A stretch of DNA of 43,447 nt from a virus (IMGVR_UViG_3300025018_000243:1-43447); one strand, 5' to 3'. Counted from the stretch's first letter, positions 1-8,525 are shown. Translations and numbers: made by a program. The notes: generated from the letters alone by a model not told the origin.

Positions 1-143
1 ATAGTGTTTCCGACGGTCGAAGAACTCATATCTAGTCTTGACGAAAAAATCCAGAGCATTCCAGAAAAAGATCGTGTGAACTTGTTTTGTACTCTCTGGC
101 ACCAGTCACCAGAGGCTGATAAGCGCAAGAAAAAGACTTGGGG
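1..143 (+). repeat. Terminal direct repeat, left copy (circularisation overlap)
   Basis: Identical to 43305-43447 except T39/C43343 and A108/G43412. Confidence 0.97.
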
Positions 144-2352
144 GCACCAGGAGCTTTTGCTTTTTGACATAGATCTTGGCAATGGCGTGGCGCGTGACGT
201 GGAAAAAGATGAGTTATATCTCGATGCCCTAAGTCAAGCCATCAAGGTGCCAAAGGAGAAGATCCTTCAGATCTTTTCAGGTCACGGCTATCATTTCGCA
301 ATACAGCTTGCAAACCCGATAAAAGACAAAACCTATTTTGATACTAACAAAGTTTATTACCAAGTTCTCTGTTCCCGAATTAATGATGCGTTAAGGGATG
401 CGGAGTTACCAGGGGAGGCCGATAGTGGAGTGTTTGCACCGAACCGCTTGCTTCGGCTTCCCCATTCTATAAATAGGAAAAAGGATCGGCCCGAAGTGTG
501 GGTTCAGATGCTTCACTCCCACATAGCTCCCGTTGATTTCAACATGCGCGAGGCCAGCGGGATGCCTGACGTAAACGAGGAAGACTATTTATCAGAAAAA
601 GAAATGTCGTACATAAAGACTGACGACGTGAGTGTTGAAAGTGGCTGCGAGTTCCTAAAGCATGCAAAAGCAAACCAAGCCGAGATGAGTGAGACCGAGT
701 GGTATGCTGTTCTTTCCATTATCGGCAGACTTAAAGATGGAAGTAAGCTTGTCCACGAATATTCAAAGTTCCACCCTTCGTACTCACCAGGGGAGACGGA
801 CAAGAAAACAGAGCAAGCTTTGAAATCAAGTGGACCGAGAACGTGCGAGAATATCAATAAGCTCTGGAATAAGTGTAAGACCTGCAAGTTTTATAAAAAG
901 GTCACAAGCCCCATTACTATTAAGGGTAAGGACTTCATCGCAACGGCTCACTCTGGTTTTCATATGCTCGCCCGAAACGGCAAACTCGTTCCACAGTATG
1001 ATGATCTTCGGAAATACTACGATAAAGAAACTCCTTACAAAAATGTATCACGCGTTCATTACCGATATGAAGAGACCCACTGGCAAGAGCTTGACGACGT
1101 GTTCATTGATAACTTCGCTGAAGAAAAATTTGTACCTCCAGCAAAAAACACGATGTGCTCGGAGTTTAGAGGGAAAGTAAAGCGCACCAACTTAGCACTG
1201 GCTGAGTGGTTTCAAAAAACAACCCACCGAAAGATCAATCTCTTAAATGGAGTGCTTGACATCGACACGATGGAGCTTTCAGAGCATGACCCCAAGTATG
1301 GTTTTCGCTCCGTCCTTCCTTTTGAGTACGACAAAAATGCCAAGTGCCCAACATTCGAGAAGATGCTCGACAATGTAACTATGAGCCGGGAGACGCTAAA
1401 ATCTGTGCTCTTAGAGTACATGGGATACTGTTTATCAAACGATGACCCCAGGGCTGATAAGATCCTGGTGCTCACAGGAGAGGGTCAGAACGGGAAGTCC
1501 AGGTTCCTTAATATATGGCGAGCCATTGGAGGAAACGGGGTCACGGCTTTAAACGTGCGCGATCTCCAGAACTCCTTTCACTTACAGCAACTCGACGGGG
1601 CTTTGTTTAACATCATTGAGGAAGTGCCAAGCTTCTCTGATAAAGATGTCTGGGAGTTGATCAAGGGACTGGTGACGGGAGCCTCGGTCACGGCCTCGAG
1701 AAAGTTTAAAGACCCCTACACGTTTGAAAACAAAGCCAAGTTCGTGATGACCTGTAACGAGCTTCCAAAGGGAGCAAACCCCAACCATGGATACTTCCGA
1801 AGGCTTCTCATCGTCCCCTTTGAAGCCGAGTTCTCTCACGAAAAAGGCAACATCGACGTGGGGATTGATAAAAGGGTCATTGATAACGAACTATCCGGTG
1901 TGCTGAACCTCGTCCTCGGCGCGTACCACAGGCTCAGGGAGAACGAATATCAATTCACTGACTCCAGGGAAGTAAAAGCTGCGCTCGCCGAATACAAGAC
2001 CGATATGGACTCCGTCGCCCGTTTTATAGCGGATTTTCTCGAAATTGGAGAGGCCCCAAGTGACTCTGGCTCGGCCCCAGAGTATTTCGACACTGACTCA
2101 AATGGAAATAAATGCGTTGTGATGGAAGACCTCTACCATAGTTATACGCAGCGTTGTGAAAAATTTAAGGAAAAACCCGTGGCCTATAATACGTTTACAA
2201 AGCGTATTTATAAGGCATTTTTAGCTGTGCCGGGTGATAGTGCCTGTGCCAGCACAGCCGACTCACAAGTGCTGCATGGTCGAGCGCGTCTAGAGGGAGG
2301 GCAGAAGCGTGTGATGTGGGGTGTCAGGTGGATTAGTGACCAAAACCTTTAG
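4..2352 (+). CDS. Primase-helicase (AEP-like primase, Cys-rich primase C-terminal region, D5_N and SF3 helicase; P4/D5 family). True N-terminus lies across the junction at 43221
   Basis: DID and SGHGYH primase motifs; PRTC...CKTC; Walker A GEGQNGKS; Walker B IIEE; motif C MTCN; FRRLLIVPF. Confidence 0.9.
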   Translation: MFPTVEELISSLDEKIQSIPEKDRVNLFCTLWHQSPEADKRKKKTWGHQELLLFDIDLGNGVARDVEKDELYLDALSQAIKVPKEKILQIFSGHGYHFAIQLANPIKDKTYFDTNKVYYQVLCSRINDALRDAELPGEADSGVFAPNRLLRLPHSINRKKDRPEVWVQMLHSHIAPVDFNMREASGMPDVNEEDYLSEKEMSYIKTDDVSVESGCEFLKHAKANQAEMSETEWYAVLSIIGRLKDGSKLVHEYSKFHPSYSPGETDKKTEQALKSSGPRTCENINKLWNKCKTCKFYKKVTSPITIKGKDFIATAHSGFHMLARNGKLVPQYDDLRKYYDKETPYKNVSRVHYRYEETHWQELDDVFIDNFAEEKFVPPAKNTMCSEFRGKVKRTNLALAEWFQKTTHRKINLLNGVLDIDTMELSEHDPKYGFRSVLPFEYDKNAKCPTFEKMLDNVTMSRETLKSVLLEYMGYCLSNDDPRADKILVLTGEGQNGKSRFLNIWRAIGGNGVTALNVRDLQNSFHLQQLDGALFNIIEEVPSFSDKDVWELIKGLVTGASVTASRKFKDPYTFENKAKFVMTCNELPKGANPNHGYFRRLLIVPFEAEFSHEKGNIDVGIDKRVIDNELSGVLNLVLGAYHRLRENEYQFTDSREVKAALAEYKTDMDSVARFIADFLEIGEAPSDSGSAPEYFDTDSNGNKCVVMEDLYHSYTQRCEKFKEKPVAYNTFTKRIYKAFLAVPGDSACASTADSQVLHGRARLEGGQKRVMWGVRWISDQNL

Positions 2353-2578
2353 TGTGCTGGCTTGTGCTGGCACGTGTGCTGGCTGAGCGGGAGGTGCTGG
2401 CACGGGTTAAGTTGTTGCGGGGCGCGGGTTTTTTCTGTTCTGTGCTGGCGAGTTAGCTAATTACCAGAATTAAGAGTAAATATTTTTTTTAATAAATAAA
2501 AAAACAAAAACCGGAAGTTAAAAAGGGTAAAAGTAAAAATTTATATTAAATAGGGAATCTTGCCAGCACACCAGCACA
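2248..2578. repeat. Putative replication origin: TGTGCTGGC iterons in both orientations around an AT-rich core
   Basis: Forward copies at 2353, 2363, 2375, 2394 (8/9) and 2441; reverse copies at 2248, 2562 and 2571 (8 bp); A/T-rich tract about 2460-2555; directly after the primase-helicase. Confidence 0.75.
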
Positions 2579-2600
2579 GCTTAAAAAGGAGGCACTAAAA

Positions 2601-2834
2601 ATGCTTAAAGAAGAAGCAGAAAAGCACCTGAGAAAAGTGGCCCAATCTCTGGCGGAAATCGAGGTTGAACTTCGTCAGGCACAAAAACCGCTTGACAAAG
2701 TAGATGAGATATTAAGAGCCCTTGGCGATCTTGAGGAAGCGATGGGTTTAGGGACTTATGTTTTTGATTGGGATCTGTTCGAGAATACTTGGGTGAGTGA
2801 GGCCCTGGGACGTGCCAAGGCCCCTGGTGCTTAA
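2601..2834 (+). CDS. Hypothetical helical protein
   Basis: Strong RBS AAGGAGG upstream of ATG; 77 aa. Confidence 0.7.
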   Translation: MLKEEAEKHLRKVAQSLAEIEVELRQAQKPLDKVDEILRALGDLEEAMGLGTYVFDWDLFENTWVSEALGRAKAPGA

Positions 2835-3185
2835 TTATTGGGAAGGTTGCCACATCCCCTGGTTAAGGAATTGTTGAGAAGGGTTATCAGAATAAGCTGG
2901 AGCCACGGGCTGAACGTAGACGGGCTGTGAGGCCGCTGGTCGCATTGGAAGGGCTCGCCCTACGTTGTTATGGGTGTTTTGCCATTCAATCAATCTCTGG
3001 TGATCCTCGCGGTTTTGACGGTCCACCGCTGCAGCTCTCATGAGACCTTCTCCAAAGGCTTCAGCACGTTCTTCCATCGTTTTACAGCCTTGAAGTAATA
3101 CCAGAGCTGATATGGCAACCAGCGCCCGTTGTAAGCTTTGATAACTGAATAAACGTCCGATCTGTTTTTTGTCTTGAGTACACAT
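2835..3185 (-). CDS. Putative lipoprotein
   Basis: RBS AAAGGAG before ATG 3185; hydrophobic ALVAISALVLL followed by lipobox-like LQGC; Pro/Gln-rich tail. Confidence 0.6.
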   Translation of the reverse strand: MCTQDKKQIGRLFSYQSLQRALVAISALVLLQGCKTMEERAEAFGEGLMRAAAVDRQNREDHQRLIEWQNTHNNVGRALPMRPAASQPVYVQPVAPAYSDNPSQQFLNQGMWQPSQ

Positions 3186-3310
3186 TTTATTTCTCCTTTT
3201 TGGTTTACTAAATCTAATAAGTTTGCATCCTGTAATAAGGCCACGAGTAAAGGTGGACTGGTTTTGTAAGGTGCTCCGTATCGGAACCACAATTGGTATA
3301 GGGTGATCAT
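3038..3310 (-). CDS. Hypothetical protein overlapping the lipoprotein gene
   Basis: ATGA coupling with the stop of the upstream HTH gene; overlaps 2835-3185 by 148 bp in another frame. Confidence 0.4.
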   Translation of the reverse strand: MITLYQLWFRYGAPYKTSPPLLVALLQDANLLDLVNQKGEIKCVLKTKNRSDVYSVIKAYNGRWLPYQLWYYFKAVKRWKNVLKPLEKVS

Positions 3311-3570
3311 TTTAAAGCCTCCCGAATTTGATCCACGTAAAGTTTTTGGATCTCGATTACGAACTTGTTTTTGTCTGTATCACATATCTTTTGATACTTT
3401 TTGAGGTACTCCATTGAGGCTGCAGACTTCCCGCGTTCCACGTTGCTCACATGCTGGTTGCTTGTAAGTCTCATGGCTATAGCAAGGTCCTGTTGCGACT
3501 TGCCTGCAGTCGTCCTAACTGCTTTGAGGTACTCGCCGAGTTTTTTTCTGTTCTTATCACTTAAAGTCAT
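3307..3570 (-). CDS. XRE/Cro-family helix-turn-helix regulator
   Basis: LGEYLKAVR...SQQDLA...NQHVSNVERG pattern. Confidence 0.85.
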   Translation of the reverse strand: MTLSDKNRKKLGEYLKAVRTTAGKSQQDLAIAMRLTSNQHVSNVERGKSAASMEYLKKYQKICDTDKNKFVIEIQKLYVDQIREALK

Positions 3571-3572
3571 TG

Positions 3573-3833
3573 CTACACTCCTATGTAAAAGTTTAAAAAA
3601 TAAGCTAACGTAATATTCAAAACGAGGTATGAACTATGGAGAATGAAAAGAATAAACCTAAAAGTCCGTCCGTATGGGAACGCTTGATCGGGAAGCCCCA
3701 AGGCCCTGCAAAAGCTGAAGCGAAGCCAAAGACAAAAGACAACCGTCCGTCGATAGCTGAATACATCAACTTTGGAGGTCAATTTAGAGACCCAAAAAAG
3801 GATTACGAACGTAATAAATAGACTTATTAACAT
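3573..3833 (-). CDS. Small membrane protein
   Basis: Two to three hydrophobic segments; TAATG coupling with the upstream gene. Confidence 0.55.
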   Translation of the reverse strand: MLISLFITFVILFWVSKLTSKVDVFSYRRTVVFCLWLRFSFCRALGLPDQAFPYGRTFRFILFILHSSYLVLNITLAYFLNFYIGV

Positions 3834-4054
3834 TACCCAGCCTTTCTTTCATTCTCGAGATACTTTTCAAGCTCTTCAATCGTTGCCTTTATACGAAGAG
3901 CTTTGATCGTTGCCATGAGTATTGGTTTTTCTGGAAGTATCTCGCAAAGTGTTGAATTACATTTCGGACAATTAAAAAAGTTCAAACCCATGGCCTTACC
4001 AAGTGAAGGAACCTTGCTTGAATTGAATGAATGACCACAACTGCAGGTTCTCAT
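3833..4054 (-). CDS. Small zinc-ribbon protein
   Basis: CSCG...CPKC Cys pairs; coupled start/stop in the operon. Confidence 0.65.
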   Translation of the reverse strand: MRTCSCGHSFNSSKVPSLGKAMGLNFFNCPKCNSTLCEILPEKPILMATIKALRIKATIEELEKYLENERKAG

Positions 4055-4341
4055 GACTTGCCTTGTGCTTTGTTTAGGGCTAACTTAATTTGGTCTGTAG
4101 AAAAACTACAGCCATCCGCATAACCGCTTTCTTCTAGATCTCTAAGCACCTGATTCAAGGCTTCATACATATCCGGTGCTGCTGCTATTAAGTTGGCGTT
4201 TGCTTCGCATTCAGCATCTGGTATTGGGTTTTCATAAAAACCTTGATCTAGAGTACAGATGGTTTGATGTTTAGCAACAATGTATTTATTAGGGTCCTTT
4301 GAATACATTCCGACGTTCCATTTACCTTTAGTTCGTTTCAT
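4051..4341 (-). CDS. Phage early protein of the NAxLIAAAPD/E family, function unknown
   Basis: TKGKW...ANANLIAAAPDMYEAL motif; RBS AAGGAG. Confidence 0.75.
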   Translation of the reverse strand: MKRTKGKWNVGMYSKDPNKYIVAKHQTICTLDQGFYENPIPDAECEANANLIAAAPDMYEALNQVLRDLEESGYADGCSFSTDQIKLALNKAQGKS

Positions 4342-4353
4342 TGGTTATCTCCT

Positions 4354-4620
4354 TTAAATTACTTGAAACATGGCCGCTTTATATTCAGCCATGACTTGTC
4401 CGGTTTTTTGATCCACTATTTTTGCGTTGTTAAGATATGGAACGAAGCCTAAACCTTTGCTGATATGTTCATTGGTTCCACCGATCTGTAAGCTCTGGTG
4501 ATATGACTCAATCCAGTCTTGCAGTCGTTTTTCAGTCGCCTTTCCTTGCCATGAGAGAGTGTAAGGACCTTTGTTGTCTTTACATTCCAGGCGATATTTA
4601 GGGGTTTTAATTTTACCCAT
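4354..4620 (-). CDS. Hypothetical early protein
   Basis: RBS GGAGG; TAATG coupling; 88 aa. Confidence 0.7.
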   Translation of the reverse strand: MGKIKTPKYRLECKDNKGPYTLSWQGKATEKRLQDWIESYHQSLQIGGTNEHISKGLGFVPYLNNAKIVDQKTGQVMAEYKAAMFQVI

Positions 4621-5300
4621 TACTTGCCTCCAATGTAAAAACAGATTGATCCGAAACCGTCGCGTTGGAAGTTGTAAAGAGCGTTTTGCACGTCATGTTC
4701 CATTGAGTCCATATCGACTACCTGGTGGACTGCAACCTTGTTAACAGATCCGAATTTAGAAGCTGGATGTATTTCGTAATCACGAAGACAAACATTGTTT
4801 TCCAAGTAATCTTCCAGCTCCTTACGGAGCTTTTCAGTTTGTTCATTCTCTTTTTTGCGCTGGTAATTTAGAGCACGATCCAAGTAAGCGTCGCAAAGGT
4901 CGATCTCTTTTTGGTTGTAAACGTCTTGGATGAAGTCTTGAGTTAACTTGAACTTGAGAACCTTTGCTATTTGCTTTGCGCGTTCCAAGTCATCATTATA
5001 AATAGCCTCTGTAATGGCTTCTTTAATAAGGTCTTGAGTACCATTGACACCATGTAAAGCTTGAAGTCCGTTGCGAGTCTTTACAACCAAGTCAACTTGG
5101 ATACCAAGCTCACGAAGCAAGGATCTAACTTTGCTCTGGTGTTTTGCAGTCGTAACCGAGTATCGGTATTCATTGAAGATCACTTTGCCATTATGTTTAG
5201 CAACGAACTTCCACCAGTCATACGAGTAAGCAGAGCAAGTATCTGGATCAAAGGTTACGTTGTTAGCTTTGTAAGTGTTGGATCGTTTCATGTATTTCAT
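4620..5300 (-). CDS. Hypothetical early protein with YSxTTxKHQ motif, first gene of the early operon
   Basis: AYSY...YRYSVTTAKHQSKVR motif, which recurs in phage early regions; RBS GAGG. Confidence 0.75.
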   Translation of the reverse strand: MKYMKRSNTYKANNVTFDPDTCSAYSYDWWKFVAKHNGKVIFNEYRYSVTTAKHQSKVRSLLRELGIQVDLVVKTRNGLQALHGVNGTQDLIKEAITEAIYNDDLERAKQIAKVLKFKLTQDFIQDVYNQKEIDLCDAYLDRALNYQRKKENEQTEKLRKELEDYLENNVCLRDYEIHPASKFGSVNKVAVHQVVDMDSMEHDVQNALYNFQRDGFGSICFYIGGK

Positions 5301-5341
5301 TTATTACCTCTCTTGTTTATAAACTAATTATTACATATTAC

Positions 5342-5368
5342 TATTCGGCGCGTCAAGACTAAACTTTA
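5342..5368 (-). promoter_or_regulatory. Sigma28 (FliA)-type promoter for the early operon
   Basis: Minus strand TAAAGTTT-N11-GCCGAATA versus consensus TAAAGTTT-N11-GCCGATAA; about 40 bp upstream of ATG 5300. Confidence 0.7.
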
Positions 5369-5832
5369 GGACTAAATCAAAAAATACATAAAATAAATTC
5401 TCTGCTTGATACATAGGCAACTTTGTCCTTTGCAAGTTACTGGTGTCATTCTTAGCAGGCGCGTCAAAGTCTCAACATATATAAGGAATAGAAGCACCGC
5501 GTTTCCGGCTTCGTCATATCCAATACAGCAAGGCTACGTGGAAGCCGAGTGATTACGCATACTTAAGGGTCACACTTATGACTATAAGTTTGAGGCGCGG
5601 TGCGCCGGGATGAGACATATTTTATGGGGGGTGGGGGGAGGTCGGTTGTTGATTTTGATCGTCCCCCGCCGCGCTCGCTTTACTTTTTTAAATTTTTTTG
5701 AAATTCTTACTTACACGGCCCCCGCAGCGTAGAAACCACGGTCATCCTGACTTCGTTTTTGACACCGCTTCTGGGGCCACTTCAGGCCCTGTTTAAACCC
5801 CTGGAGTTTACATCGCGCACCGGAGTTACGAC

Positions 5833-6642
5833 ATGCCAAGTGGACACCCACTTCCAACGGACCAGACACGTGGTCGGAAGGAACTCGAAGAAGGAGAAGA
5901 GACCAGGGGTGAGAAGCACACTGGGATTACGATCTTCGATAAGTCCGAACCGCGTTCCGTTTACAACCTTGTTCCAACAGAAGTGCAAGAAGCAATCGAC
6001 AGAGTTCATCCAAACATTTGGGATTACTCTTTTAAAAATCTCGAGAAGCATGCAAAGGTTGACTCCACCCTGGCGCAGCTCCGCGTTTCTTTTTGGCACC
6101 AATACACGGTTGCCCAAGATTTATTTAAGCCGCGCATTCCTTTAGTGACAGTGATGAACGGTATTTGCACCAAGCCAACTTTCTACTCATACCTTCGTGA
6201 TCAATATAAGTGTGCGTACTTGTTTTACCCAACTGTTGATTACATCGCAGCTATGATGGAGATGCAGGATCTTGCTTTACGAGAGATGCGTAAGATTTTA
6301 AAAATGCCAAACGCGGGTAACAAAGGGGCTAACATGCCAGTGATCCGCGAAAAAATTAAGATCTTTGCACTTTTGGAAAACAGGTTGCGGGGTACGGTGC
6401 CGAAGCGACTTGAAGCTTACCACTCCCATCAACACACCCTGGAGTCCGGGCCGACAATGAAGGATGTAACTTCAATGGTAGGGCACCAGGAAGGAACGAA
6501 GAGTTTGAAAGACATCGAAGCCGAGATTAGAAGAATTGATCGAACGGTGACGACTGAAGTTGCAAAAGCGACCCTGGCCGAAGAAGAGTCACCAGGATCT
6601 AACGAGGAAGCTCCCATGGCGAGGAGTGACTCTCATGATTGA
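5833..6642 (+). CDS. Putative terminase small subunit
   Basis: First late gene; overlaps the start of terL; helical with an acidic tail; assigned by position only. Confidence 0.5.
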   Translation: MPSGHPLPTDQTRGRKELEEGEETRGEKHTGITIFDKSEPRSVYNLVPTEVQEAIDRVHPNIWDYSFKNLEKHAKVDSTLAQLRVSFWHQYTVAQDLFKPRIPLVTVMNGICTKPTFYSYLRDQYKCAYLFYPTVDYIAAMMEMQDLALREMRKILKMPNAGNKGANMPVIREKIKIFALLENRLRGTVPKRLEAYHSHQHTLESGPTMKDVTSMVGHQEGTKSLKDIEAEIRRIDRTVTTEVAKATLAEEESPGSNEEAPMARSDSHD

Positions 6643-8197
6643 TAATACCAAAGAACTTCAGGCTACGAAGCTTAAACTTTTGCGGGAGAAAGAACGCATC
6701 CAGTATGAACTCCCCCATTTGTACGGCTGGCCTTGGTATCCTTGGGCTAAAGATTTTTTTGACTCGATTAATAAAATGAACCTTTTGTGTGCAGCCAACC
6801 AGATTTCTAAAAGCTCGACACAGATTAGGAAAGCTCTTCACTGGGCCACAGCCCAAGAACTCTGGGGAAAGTTGTGGGGGAGAGCGCCCAACCAATTTTG
6901 GTATCTCTATCCATCAAAAGAAGTCGCGACCGTTGAGTTTGAAAAAAAATGGCTCCCTGAGTTTATGCCTCGAGACAACATGAAAAAGTCGGCCTATTAC
7001 GGATGGGATGTGGAGTACGATCACAAGTTTATTAAAGCCATTCATTTTTATAATGGGATGTCGATTTACTTTAAGACTTATGCGCAAGATCCCAAGACTC
7101 TTCAGTCCGGCTCCTGTTACGCAGTCTTTTGTGACGAAGAACTTCCTGAGAATTTATACGATGAGTTGCGGATGCGCTTGGCTGGTACTAACGGCTATTT
7201 CCATATGGTTTTTACAGCCACGTTAGGGCAAGAGATGTGGTGGAGAGCCATGGAAGCTGTGGGCTCAGAGCAAGAACTTTTTGTGAAAGCCTTTAAGCAA
7301 CAAATTTCTATGTATGATTGTTTGAAATATCTCGATGGATCTAAAGCCCCGTGGACTGTGGATCGCATCCGAGAAGTCGAAGAAGGGTGTAAATCAGAGG
7401 CTGAACGCTTAAGACGTGTATATGGTCGGTTCGTTAAGGAAGAAGGGCGCAAGTACCACGCTTTTGATCCGACCAGGCACTATGTGAAGCCGTTTGCAAT
7501 ACCTGACGACTGGTTGAAGGTTGTAGGGGTGGATATTGGGTCAGGTGGGCAAGGTCAAGGGCATCCATCGGCCATTTGTTTTATAGCGATAAGGCCGGAT
7601 TTCCGGTACGGCGTTGTTTACAAAGGTGTACGAATGGATGGTATCCAAACCACAGCCGGAGACGTTGTTGAAAAATATCAGTCAATGATGGACCCAAAAG
7701 AACACTTCATGCACAAAAAATATGATCAAGCCGCCTCTGACTTTGGCACCATTGCCAACCGCATGGGTTTAGGTTTTACAAGCTCAGAAAAATCACATGA
7801 AGTCGGCGAGCATATCATCAACACTCTTTTTAAGTACGACATGCTCCAGATTTTTGACACCGATGAACTGCGAAAGCTTGGCACCGAAATGATTTCTCTT
7901 CAGAAATCAACACCGAAGAAAAAAGCCAAGGACGACTTCACAGATGCGCTGCGCTATCCATCCGTTGCTATCAACTGGGACTTTACTTGGCTTGAAGCCA
8001 AAGTGCGAGAAGAAGACCCTGGCGTTAAGCAGTCCGAAGTTTACAAGATGCCCCAGACAAAGGAAGAGTGGAGTGAATATTACGACCGAGAACGCCAAAA
8101 GCAAGCCGATGCCTTCAAAAACCCAGGAACTTCCGACAATTGGGAAGCCGAACTCCAGTCAGAAGTTGACGAATGGAATGAAATGTATGGAAATTAA
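6635..8197 (+). CDS. terL: Terminase large subunit
   Basis: Walker A-like AANQISKS; Walker B VFCDEE; motif III TAT; RNase H-like GVDIG...DQAA...DDFTDALRY; RBS GAGGAG before ATG 6635. Confidence 0.92.
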   Translation: MIDNTKELQATKLKLLREKERIQYELPHLYGWPWYPWAKDFFDSINKMNLLCAANQISKSSTQIRKALHWATAQELWGKLWGRAPNQFWYLYPSKEVATVEFEKKWLPEFMPRDNMKKSAYYGWDVEYDHKFIKAIHFYNGMSIYFKTYAQDPKTLQSGSCYAVFCDEELPENLYDELRMRLAGTNGYFHMVFTATLGQEMWWRAMEAVGSEQELFVKAFKQQISMYDCLKYLDGSKAPWTVDRIREVEEGCKSEAERLRRVYGRFVKEEGRKYHAFDPTRHYVKPFAIPDDWLKVVGVDIGSGGQGQGHPSAICFIAIRPDFRYGVVYKGVRMDGIQTTAGDVVEKYQSMMDPKEHFMHKKYDQAASDFGTIANRMGLGFTSSEKSHEVGEHIINTLFKYDMLQIFDTDELRKLGTEMISLQKSTPKKKAKDDFTDALRYPSVAINWDFTWLEAKVREEDPGVKQSEVYKMPQTKEEWSEYYDRERQKQADAFKNPGTSDNWEAELQSEVDEWNEMYGN

Positions 8198-8525
8198 ACC
8201 CTTATCAGGTAAAGATATTTGTGCAATTATTGAAACATGCGCACAAGTGAATGTAAGGGAACTTAGCATTGGCGAGGTAAGTATAAAATTCGGCCCGGAG
8301 AACCAGGGTTTTAAGGTTCAAACTGTGGGAACACAGTTTCCGTCTAACACCGTGGGAACGGAAGACCATAATCCCGAGAACAACGATAGTTTTGTTGAAG
8401 CTATTCAAGCCCGGACAAAAGAAGACATCATGAGCACACAAACCTTGATGGACGATCCGATGGCTTTTGAAGAAGAAGTCATGAATAGCTTCGTGTATCA
8501 GGGCGGTATGAATGAAGATCAATAG
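8187..8525 (+). CDS. Hypothetical protein between terL and portal
   Basis: Fills the gap with overlaps at both ends; start may be 8178 or 8187. Confidence 0.65.
   Translation: MEIKPLSGKDICAIIETCAQVNVRELSIGEVSIKFGPENQGFKVQTVGTQFPSNTVGTEDHNPENNDSFVEAIQARTKEDIMSTQTLMDDPMAFEEEVMNSFVYQGGMNEDQ

Noticed and set aside
2353-2449. Short repeats as a CRISPR array
   Set aside because: Repeats are only 8-9 bp with irregular short spacing and both orientations; no cas genes; they fit iterons better
3307-3570. XRE protein as a lysogeny repressor
   Set aside because: No integrase, att site, parA or divergent cI/cro pair, and no peptidase domain
3636-3821. Plus-strand 61-aa ORF with a possible RBS
   Set aside because: Antisense to the coupled minus-strand early operon; the minus-strand ORF 3573-3833 fits the operon, although this ORF cannot be fully excluded
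5759-6145. Alternative-frame and antisense ORFs from the six-frame track, here and throughout the structural and replication genes
   Set aside because: Shadow ORFs over longer motif-bearing genes, without RBS or recognisable motifs
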